A stretch of 20,000 nt of DNA from IMG/VR virus record IMGVR_UViG_3300032167_007427. The stretch is one strand, 5' to 3'. Positions 8,448 to 15,387 of the stretch are shown here, piece after piece. How positions within the stretch are numbered: position 1 is the stretch's first letter; every line of letters starts with the position of its first letter. Position numbers and translations under genes: made by a program. The stretch comes from an uncultured virus (IMG/VR IMGVR_UViG_3300032167_007427). Its lineage: Duplodnaviria > Heunggongvirae > Uroviricota > Caudoviricetes. The notes under the pieces are model-generated. The model made no database searches. It had not been told where the DNA came from and worked only from the letters and a program-made list of their open reading frames with translations.

Positions 8448-9422
8448 TTAATCATCCTCCTCCGCTTTTAACGCCAACTCATATGCGGTATCGGCGAGTT
8501 CGGTCAAAGCCTCTATCAACCGCTTCCGTGCACCCTTTGAAATGATTTCAAAATCAGTATGTTTTTCAGAACGTTTAATAGAGCTTATCCACGAGGGTAT
8601 CGTTAAAGACAGTTCTGTTATGGATGCGTCGGGGTCGAACGCAGGCATTTCCTTTATACTGGTTGCAGTAGTACCGCTTGGTGCATAAGTAGGCTCACTG
8701 CTTTGGGGCCTCTGTGGCTGATTGCCATACTGAAAATACGGTACTTTAGTTGTGCTCATACGATTGTTAATACGAATGAGCTCCTCGGTTGGCTGTTTAG
8801 CCATACCTACAATGGTTGCGTGTGATAACTTGACTCTGCCGGATAGAATCTTTGGAACAAGTTCAGGTACTTTTGAGCCAATAGCTTCAAGTGCTCTTGT
8901 ATAAATAGCATACTTTTCGACCGTACCAAAGGATATATTATTTTCCTCTGCGATTTTTGTAGCAGTTCGATGTCCGGTGCGGTAACCTCGTGCAAATTTA
9001 CCATTTTCATCACGTGTCACCTCTTCTTCAGTTCCACGCACACGTATTATGTATTGGTTTGAGCCTTTGGGATATTTGAGATGGTTAACATATTTCTCCG
9101 TCTCATATTGCATTCCGATTAGAAATTTACGGGCTTCTTCGGTTATATTCTTTCTCTTTAACTGACGCGAACATATCCAAGCAATCGCTTCTTCTTTACA
9201 TGAAAAGTCTAATTCCTCAATTGAAAAAGGAATGCCAAACTTGTGACATATCGCGTAGCGATTATGCCCGTCTATAATAAAGCCATCCCACACAAGTATG
9301 GGTTCTTTACAGCCCTCTGCTTTTATGCTTTGTTCAAGTGTTAAATACTCCTGACGACGCAATGGGCGGATGAGATTTTTGAAATCTCTATCAGTTTTAA
9401 GAGTTATAATTTTATCTTCCAT
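8448..9422 (-). CDS. ParB-like N-terminal domain protein with downstream HTH
   Basis: LEQSIKAEGCKEPILVWDGFIIDGHNRY (ParB/Srx GxxR motif), QLKRKNIT, and TATKIAEENNISFGTVEKY HTH. RBS ggaggg. Confidence 0.75.
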   Translation of the reverse strand: MEDKIITLKTDRDFKNLIRPLRRQEYLTLEQSIKAEGCKEPILVWDGFIIDGHNRYAICHKFGIPFSIEELDFSCKEEAIAWICSRQLKRKNITEEARKFLIGMQYETEKYVNHLKYPKGSNQYIIRVRGTEEEVTRDENGKFARGYRTGHRTATKIAEENNISFGTVEKYAIYTRALEAIGSKVPELVPKILSGRVKLSHATIVGMAKQPTEELIRINNRMSTTKVPYFQYGNQPQRPQSSEPTYAPSGTTATSIKEMPAFDPDASITELSLTIPSWISSIKRSEKHTDFEIISKGARKRLIEALTELADTAYELALKAEEDD

Positions 9423-9431
9423 AGTCCCTCC

Positions 9432-9797
9432 TTATGACTCAATACGCGTGATTGTATCTAAAGAATATACAACCATTTTCTCAGAGGGAATGAATCTTCC
9501 TGTAATACGATAAGAACAATTTTTTTCGAGTTCTCCGGTAACCTCAAGGAGTTTATTCATAAAGGGTTGACTGTATATTTCGTATGAGTTATCTGACTCC
9601 ATTAAATGCTGTTTTACCCGATGAGCATCTTTCTTCGGCGTTGCATTGTCGTGCGCTTTTACAGCCACAAGTCTTTTAACTGGATTCACCAACAAGTCAA
9701 GATATTTTGGATCGCCAACGGCTCGTATAGTGGATTTATGTATTCGTATGCGGGACTTTTTTAAATCGAATGACATTGTTTCTATATTATCTGACAT
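9432..9797 (-). CDS. Hypothetical protein: minimal stand-alone domain X (121 aa)
   Basis: RBS ggagg; TAATG overlap with the upstream gene. IRIHKSTIRAVG-PKYLDLLVNPVKRLVAVK and YRITG match the LSR3 C-terminal domain. Confidence 0.75.
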   Translation of the reverse strand: MSDNIETMSFDLKKSRIRIHKSTIRAVGDPKYLDLLVNPVKRLVAVKAHDNATPKKDAHRVKQHLMESDNSYEIYSQPFMNKLLEVTGELEKNCSYRITGRFIPSEKMVVYSLDTITRIES

Positions 9798-10558
9798 TAA
9801 TTTGTACCTCCCTCTGTTTCGGATGCGCCGTCAGTTTCAGTCGCATCTCCTTCTTTTTCGTTTTCTTTAACCGCTATAATCGCATAACCGTCAAATATAT
9901 TAATCTGCATTGATTGACGGTGTTCGTTGTACGACAAACCAAACTGATCCTGCCATTCTGCCGGGAATACGGGTGTTCTTGATGTTCTTGGTTTCTGACC
10001 TTCCGTAAAAGTACGCTGATACACCTCGGTAGCCGTCAGGTCAAACGCCAGCAAATATTCATCATTAGCGTGTATAAGCTTTCCGAGTAGCTTGTACCTA
10101 TAATCAGGATTCCACTCCATCATTGTAACCACCTTTGCAAAAAACAGCTTGCAAGTAATCGGCTTCGGTTTGCGTTTTCCTTTATTTGTAGTACTGCACC
10201 ATTGAAAAGAGTCTCGCGCTCCTTCCGGGCAGGGACGAAGAGCGAGTATCTTCTTTTGACGGTTAATAAGCACCTGGGCATAATCCGATGTTGGGAATTT
10301 TGCAAGACAAGCGGTATTAACTTGAAACTTACAATTATTAAAGGTTACTGATGGTTCTCTTAAATGGGCAAAAAACTCACGACGCACTACCTGGAAACCA
10401 TCAAAATCAAAGTCTTCTCCAAGTTCAAAAAGTTCATCGTGTTTGCCGAGCACAAGTGTTGCGTCTGCTGAATCGTTTTCTGTTGTAGGTATATCACCCG
10501 GTTCTTCAACAGATTTCAACAGTTGAGCCAGCGTATTATTTCCGTTATTGTCATTCAT
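9797..10558 (-). CDS. Hypothetical protein carrying domain X, paralogous to the LSR3 C-terminus
   Basis: DFDFDGFQVVRREFF...P-VTF...LIN...ILALR...WNPDYRYKLLG...AFD...PAEW---FG--Y--H-Q aligns with LSR3. RBS aggagg; start abuts the LSR3 stop. Confidence 0.8.
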   Translation of the reverse strand: MNDNNGNNTLAQLLKSVEEPGDIPTTENDSADATLVLGKHDELFELGEDFDFDGFQVVRREFFAHLREPSVTFNNCKFQVNTACLAKFPTSDYAQVLINRQKKILALRPCPEGARDSFQWCSTTNKGKRKPKPITCKLFFAKVVTMMEWNPDYRYKLLGKLIHANDEYLLAFDLTATEVYQRTFTEGQKPRTSRTPVFPAEWQDQFGLSYNEHRQSMQINIFDGYAIIAVKENEKEGDATETDGASETEGGTN

Positions 10559-12454
10559 TTAGTTTACCTCCTGTGGGGACACCGCACTCAACTCACTTTT
10601 AATATAAAGCCTTAAGTCCTCATATCCGGTTACATTCAGCTTTTTACCGGTTTCGTATAGCTGTCCCTCAATACGTAGTTTCCACTCATCTTCGCTTTGA
10701 GCTTCAAGTTCTGCCAGGGTTTGTTCATGCAAATAGTATTGTTTACCGAAATTTGCTGTCCACTCTTTGGGTATACCTCTTATGAGTTTACCTGAGGGCA
10801 TAAAAGGTTGAACTGTTGGCTCTTTGCCGTCTTCTGATGTATGCCCCGGCAGTACATAAGGTTTGAAGAATGCCTCCGTATTTACGGTATCAAAAATATA
10901 AGCAACCTCGGAATCCTGCTCGTACAAAGAACCTGTTATACGGTATTTATAATCAGAGTTCCAACCGAATATCGAAAAGAGAGTTTCACTAAAGGCGGCG
11001 GTAGATATATCTTTAGGAACATAGTTTCCACCCTCGTTATTTGAGCAGATTACTCCTTGTCGGTTATCTTTATCGGTAGTTCGTATAGCGAACATTCGTG
11101 TAATAGGATTAACAAGAAACTCAACTGTGTTTTTCGCACCGAGCTTTCGAGTCACGGTTTTACTGAATTTGATTTTTTTATGCATAAACGTCACAAATGG
11201 TTTCTGCTGTGTATCAAAAAGTTCCGCACGTGCTATTTCAAATCCTCTCATATCGAAGTCACCTGCTTCAACCTCTATCTGTATTTCTTTCGGTTCACTT
11301 GATGAAACAGAAGCTTCATTATCTGTTTGTGCATATATACTCTGTGCTGCTTGGAAATAATCTTGCTCACCAAAAGCTGCCCAACGTGGGTTGATTACAA
11401 CAAATCCTTTCAGTATTCCGCTATCAAGCACTCGAAGTTCAGGCAAGTAGGACTTATTCTTGAACCTCGCATTATCGAGCATTCGTTGTACGGCTATAAA
11501 ATCATCCCTTGAAACAATAGCTTCGTGATGATTAAAATAATGGCTTTGCGGACGATCTCCTCGATTTTTTACAGATTTATGAGTACGAAAGTTCGGTGTG
11601 AATGTTTTTCTTGTCAACACATCACCACAATGCCTTTCATTACGCAAAATCTGCACTATGCTACTCGACGTCCACTTGATATTCCCAAGATAGGATTTGC
11701 GACCGAGAGCGATTAACGCATCTGCTATTTGCTGCGTTGAATAGCCGTAGAGATACATATAAAATACAAGTTTGACCGTTGGGGCCTCGTCAGGGTTAAT
11801 GATAAGCCCTCCTTCGGAATCGTGTTTGAATCCGAGAAGTTTGGGAGTCAGAGGGATACCGTTATCAAGACGCATACGTAGCGATGTTTCCATACTACGG
11901 CTTCGTGTATGCGATTCTTCCTCCGCCATTGTTGCGACAAAGGAAAGTGCCATAGCAGAGTCATCATTCAAGGAGAAAATACATTCTGACTCGAAGAACA
12001 CACCTACCGGGTGCTTCAGTTCGGCAAGTTCACGTACAATACCGATACTTACAAGGATGTTTCTTGCCAAACGTGATACGCTTTTCGTTATTATCAAGTC
12101 AATTTTTCCTGCTCGGCAATCAGCCAGCATCTTCATACATTCCGCACGATTTTCAAGCATAGTACCGCTGATACCCTCATCGGCATAAATCTTAACAAGG
12201 GTCCAATGCGGGTGATGCTTTACAAAATCCTCATAGTATCTTTTTTGGAGTTCGTATGAAGTAGTTTGCCTTACATCATCGGTAGATACGCGAACATAGA
12301 TAGCAACACGCATTGGTGTTTCATTATCATAATAGTCGACCCTTTTCTTTTCCGGTATATATTCATAATTTTCCGGGTCAACCTGTACGTGCATTCGTCT
12401 GCGAGTACGTTCACGTTCTTGTTCTTTTTGGGTCTTCCTACTGTTATCAATCAT
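10559..12454 (-). CDS. Large serine recombinase 3 with atypical C-terminal domain (no zinc ribbon)
   Basis: IYVRVSTDD catalytic motif, DEGISG, ITKSVSRLARN, ILRNERHCGD and HEAIVSRDDF. No CxxC zinc ribbon follows; domain X is found instead (~10721-11275). Confidence 0.9.
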   Translation of the reverse strand: MIDNSRKTQKEQERERTRRRMHVQVDPENYEYIPEKKRVDYYDNETPMRVAIYVRVSTDDVRQTTSYELQKRYYEDFVKHHPHWTLVKIYADEGISGTMLENRAECMKMLADCRAGKIDLIITKSVSRLARNILVSIGIVRELAELKHPVGVFFESECIFSLNDDSAMALSFVATMAEEESHTRSRSMETSLRMRLDNGIPLTPKLLGFKHDSEGGLIINPDEAPTVKLVFYMYLYGYSTQQIADALIALGRKSYLGNIKWTSSSIVQILRNERHCGDVLTRKTFTPNFRTHKSVKNRGDRPQSHYFNHHEAIVSRDDFIAVQRMLDNARFKNKSYLPELRVLDSGILKGFVVINPRWAAFGEQDYFQAAQSIYAQTDNEASVSSSEPKEIQIEVEAGDFDMRGFEIARAELFDTQQKPFVTFMHKKIKFSKTVTRKLGAKNTVEFLVNPITRMFAIRTTDKDNRQGVICSNNEGGNYVPKDISTAAFSETLFSIFGWNSDYKYRITGSLYEQDSEVAYIFDTVNTEAFFKPYVLPGHTSEDGKEPTVQPFMPSGKLIRGIPKEWTANFGKQYYLHEQTLAELEAQSEDEWKLRIEGQLYETGKKLNVTGYEDLRLYIKSELSAVSPQEVN

Positions 12455-13052
12455 GCAATGCCCCCTTTAACTCTTCTTCGCTATCGGGTAACAACTCCCA
12501 ACCGGGATACGGTAAGAAGAAAGAGTCTTTATTATCGTTCTGATAATACGATGCCAATGTGAAGATGTCCTCTGAAATAAAGTAAATACCAATTGGGTGT
12601 TTCTGCTTTGCAAGTATTCTCGAACAGAAAGTAACCTCGTGTATTTTCTTTGATACATTTGAGACTTTTTGCGTAATGATGAGATCCACTTTGCCTTCCA
12701 TAGCATCTGTCAAAAGCCTACTCCATTCGGGAGCATTCTCCATATTAGGTGCTGTAGCTCCCTCATCAATATAAAAGTCAACAAGAGTCCATTTTGGACA
12801 TAATGCAATGGTATCCGCAAACTGTTTTTTGTGATAAGAAAGGTAGTTGTCATATTTCGTCTGATTAAAGTAACGAATATAAATACCTACCTTAAACGGC
12901 ACATTAGTCGCAGGACGTTCACGACGGATACTACCAAGCCAAGCTTTATGCTGTGCTATTTGAATTGCACGGTCAGAGTCGTCTCCAAAGGTTACTGCAA
13001 ACGTGGGCGTTGCAATAGCACTCAATTGATTAAATACTTCTATTTCGTCCAT
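12447..13052 (-). CDS. Resolvase-domain-only protein lacking catalytic residues (pseudo-recombinase), 201 aa
   Basis: Start reassigned to ATG 13052 (RBS ggagg). KVGIYIRYFN, WTLVDFYIDEG, GKVDLIITQKVSNVS and KHPIGIYFISEDIFTL align with LSR3's N-terminal domain, but RVST is RYFN and SRLAR is SNVSK. Confidence 0.8.
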   Translation of the reverse strand: MDEIEVFNQLSAIATPTFAVTFGDDSDRAIQIAQHKAWLGSIRRERPATNVPFKVGIYIRYFNQTKYDNYLSYHKKQFADTIALCPKWTLVDFYIDEGATAPNMENAPEWSRLLTDAMEGKVDLIITQKVSNVSKKIHEVTFCSRILAKQKHPIGIYFISEDIFTLASYYQNDNKDSFFLPYPGWELLPDSEEELKGALHD

Positions 13053-13081
13053 AGTTACCTCCGATTGTATCTTTCTGACCA

Positions 13082-13143
13082 ATTATATCGCCAATCGGGT
13101 AACAATAAAAGTTACCCACAGTCAGGTCGGTGACTGTAGGTAA
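13082..13143 (-). promoter_or_regulatory. Promoter/operator region of the minus-strand recombinase operon
   Basis: Minus-strand TATAAT at 13082-13087 with a poor -35. Overlapping inverted repeats GGGTAAC-N7-GTTACCC (13097-13117) and TTACCCACAGTCA-N6-TGACTGTAGGTAA (13112-13143). Confidence 0.55.
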
Positions 13144-13174
13144 GGATTTATGATAAAAAATATTAATTTACATT

Positions 13175-13204
13175 AAAAAAGAGTGGAAATTCTCATCTCC
13201 ACTC
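13175..13204 (-). terminator. Rho-independent terminator of the leftward XRE gene
   Basis: Minus strand GAGTGGAGAT-GAGA-ATTTCCACTC-TTTTTT, overlapping the stop codon. Confidence 0.8.
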
Positions 13205-13559
13205 ATTCTTCGGTATTTCTTTTTGCTTGTAACGATATTTTAACTTCTTTTGATATTTTCATAATCGCTTCAATCTCGGAGGGGGTACAGTCCGCAAGAA
13301 GCTGTGCATACTCGCTTTGATACAAATCGTTAACTTCGGGGACATTCGGTCGAAGGATAGAATCCGCGGAAACCTGCAAAGCCTCAACAATTTTAACAAA
13401 GGTTGCAAGCCACATTTTTGTTTTTCCAAGTTCTATATCGCTGATGTTTGAGGTTGCAAGGTGTGCTGCAAAACCAAGGTCAGCCTGGCTCATTCCTTTA
13501 GATATGCGAATGGCACGGATACGTTCTCCGATTGCTACATAATCAAATTTCTTTTCCAT
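13203..13559 (-). CDS. XRE-family HTH transcriptional regulator (118 aa)
   Basis: Start reassigned to ATG 13559 (RBS gaggtg). IGERIRAIRISKGMSQADL...ISDIELGK...LQVSADSIL. Confidence 0.9.
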   Translation of the reverse strand: MEKKFDYVAIGERIRAIRISKGMSQADLGFAAHLATSNISDIELGKTKMWLATFVKIVEALQVSADSILRPNVPEVNDLYQSEYAQLLADCTPSEIEAIMKISKEVKISLQAKRNTEE

Positions 13560-13572
13560 TCGCTCACCTCGT

Positions 13573-13666
13573 TTCCCCGATTGGGTATCATTTATGCATA
13601 TTTTATCACCGATAAGGTAACTACAAAATAGCGAGGTCGCTATATTCATAGTTGATGAGGTATAAT
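13573..13666. promoter_or_regulatory. Divergent promoter region with operator-like sites
   Basis: 17-mers TTCCCCGATTGGGTATC (13573-13589) and ATCACCGATAAGGTAAC (13605-13621), perfect inverted repeat ATAGCGA-gg-TCGCTAT (13628-13643), and plus-strand TATAAT (13661-13666). Confidence 0.55.
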
Positions 13667-13698
13667 TTAGGTGATTTTTTTATTAGGAGGACAAAAAT

Positions 13699-14058
13699 AT
13701 GTCACTTAACTACCTTATCATCGGAAAACGAATCAAAGAAGCAAGAAAGAAAAAACATCTTTCACAGGCACAACTATGTGAACGGGTCGATTTATCAGAC
13801 GGATATATCAGTTACATAGAAACCGCAACAAAGTGTGTCAGTCTTGATGTTCTTGTTCGTATTGCTAATGTACTCGAAGTTACCGCAGACGAGCTTCTTG
13901 CAGAGAATTTACTGACCACCAGACAGGCTAACCTTAATGGTGAATTCAGCGATCTGCTCGGTGATTGTAATGCTTACGAAAGGAGAGTGCTTATTGAAAT
14001 AACAAGAGCAACAAAACAGATCTTACGTGAAAATAAACAATTGCATTTGTCGAAGTAA
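13699..14058 (+). CDS. XRE-family HTH transcriptional regulator
   Basis: RBS aggagg. IGKRIKEARKKKHLSQAQL...YISYIE...IANVLEVTADELL. Confidence 0.92.
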   Translation: MSLNYLIIGKRIKEARKKKHLSQAQLCERVDLSDGYISYIETATKCVSLDVLVRIANVLEVTADELLAENLLTTRQANLNGEFSDLLGDCNAYERRVLIEITRATKQILRENKQLHLSK

Positions 14059-14208
14059 TTATAGCGATAACACCGTAGTGATACAACTGACCGATAGTCA
14101 GTACCCTGACCGGCAGTATATTTACCGGTACTTACACTTTGCTCATACTTACATTTTATTTAAAAACCCTTATGAATTCGCACTTTTGCGTTTTCATCAA
14201 TTCTCCCA

Positions 14209-14217
14209 TGATATAAT
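14209..14217 (+). promoter_or_regulatory. Extended -10 promoter of the cargo operon
   Basis: TGATATAAT (TGnTATAAT) 26 nt upstream of the ATG at 14244; RBS ggagg. Confidence 0.6.
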
Positions 14218-14243
14218 TATCCAAATAAAAATCGGAGGTCAAA

Positions 14244-14954
14244 ATGATATACATAACAGGCGATATCCACGGAACTCCCCGGCGCGTGGTAAACTTCGCA
14301 AAAGACGTCCACATTTCACGTAATGATACACTTATAATTCTTGGTGATGTGGGTGCTAATTATTATTTGAACGAACTCGATGAAGAATGCAAACGGCTGT
14401 TAAACTCAATTAAATGTACCGTTTTTTGTATTCACGGCAATCACGAATGCCGTCCTGAACATATACCTGGTTATCACCTTACCGATTGGTGTGGTGGTAA
14501 GGTGTGGATTGAGGACGAATATCCACGTATCCTTTTTGCCAAAGATGGTGAAATCTACGATATCGAGGGACAGAGGTTCCTTGTCATCGGTGGTGCTTAC
14601 AGTATAGATGCTTCTTGGCGTATACGTCGTCACGCAGGATGGTGGAGCGATGAGCAACCTTCGGATATCATCAAAGCCTTCGTAGAAACACAGATTGCTA
14701 ATCACAAATTTGATATTATACTCACCCATACTTGCCCACGAAAATATGAGCCCGTAGAGGTTTTCTTGCCAAACGTAGACCAATCTAACGTTGATAAAAG
14801 CACCGAAGATTGGCTCGACCGTATAGAGGAACAAATCGACTATAAGGCTTGGTACTGCGGTCATTGGCATACCGATAAGAGGATAGATAGGATGCACTTC
14901 TTATTTACATCGTGGGAAACCATAGAAAAGGAGGATAGCGATGAAACATTTTAA
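14244..14954 (+). CDS. Calcineurin-like metallophosphoesterase (I)
   Basis: All five motifs present: GDIHG, LGDVG, HGNHE, THT, CGHWH. Confidence 0.92.
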   Translation: MIYITGDIHGTPRRVVNFAKDVHISRNDTLIILGDVGANYYLNELDEECKRLLNSIKCTVFCIHGNHECRPEHIPGYHLTDWCGGKVWIEDEYPRILFAKDGEIYDIEGQRFLVIGGAYSIDASWRIRRHAGWWSDEQPSDIIKAFVETQIANHKFDIILTHTCPRKYEPVEVFLPNVDQSNVDKSTEDWLDRIEEQIDYKAWYCGHWHTDKRIDRMHFLFTSWETIEKEDSDETF

Positions 14955-15387
14955 TTGTTTACAGCCGACAGAAACAATGGAAAGGATCTCCCGAGAGGTT
15001 TTTTGCGGTAACCTTGATGAATTACTTGATAAAGTTAATAAAGAAAACATCGGTTATGTCATTACCAATGAGGGTAAGGATGATTTAGTTCTTTGCCCTG
15101 CAAAATGGTTTGATATTTGCTACGACGATGATTTTGGTTGCGTCATTAACTCTGCTGTTCGATATGCTATAGGTCGTAATACTTATATGCCTGATGTTGT
15201 AGTCCGATTCGTGTTCAAATATCTCCCGGTTCTCGATACTCGCACACTCTCCGTAATAAAAAAAGATATCGAACCTTATCTTGAAGACGAGAATTTGCCG
15301 TACAGAGCTACCTGGTTAACACTAAAGTTTGCTGTAAGTGACCGATTGCTGCAAATACAAAACAAGGATAAAACTGAAAATGCATGA
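14941..15387 (+). CDS. Phd/YefM-like N-terminal domain fused to a phage-type helical domain
   Basis: ISREVFCGNLDELLDKVNKENIGYVITNEGKDDLVLCP follows the Phd/YefM pattern. C-terminal SAVRYAIGRNTYMP domain. RBS aggagg. Confidence 0.55.
   Translation: MKHFNCLQPTETMERISREVFCGNLDELLDKVNKENIGYVITNEGKDDLVLCPAKWFDICYDDDFGCVINSAVRYAIGRNTYMPDVVVRFVFKYLPVLDTRTLSVIKKDIEPYLEDENLPYRATWLTLKFAVSDRLLQIQNKDKTENA

Noticed and set aside
7512..9422. Classical parABS partition locus
   Set aside because: No ParA/Walker-A ATPase and no canonical parS (TGTTTCACGTGAAACA-like) palindrome seen.
12447..13052. Calling the resolvase-like ORF a pseudogene fragment
   Set aside because: Uninterrupted frame, good RBS, coupling to LSR3 and retention of structural motifs despite loss of catalytic residues.
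12483..13105. Exact 12-bp direct repeat ATCGGGTAACAA (12483-12494, 13094-13105) flanking the pseudo-resolvase
   Set aside because: One copy lies in coding sequence and 12-mer matches occur by chance in 20 kb, so it is not enough to call a target-site duplication or att core.
13083..14243. CRISPR array or structured ncRNA in the intergenic regions
   Set aside because: Repeats are short, irregularly spaced and imperfect, and there are no cas genes. The hairpins are better explained as terminators or operators.
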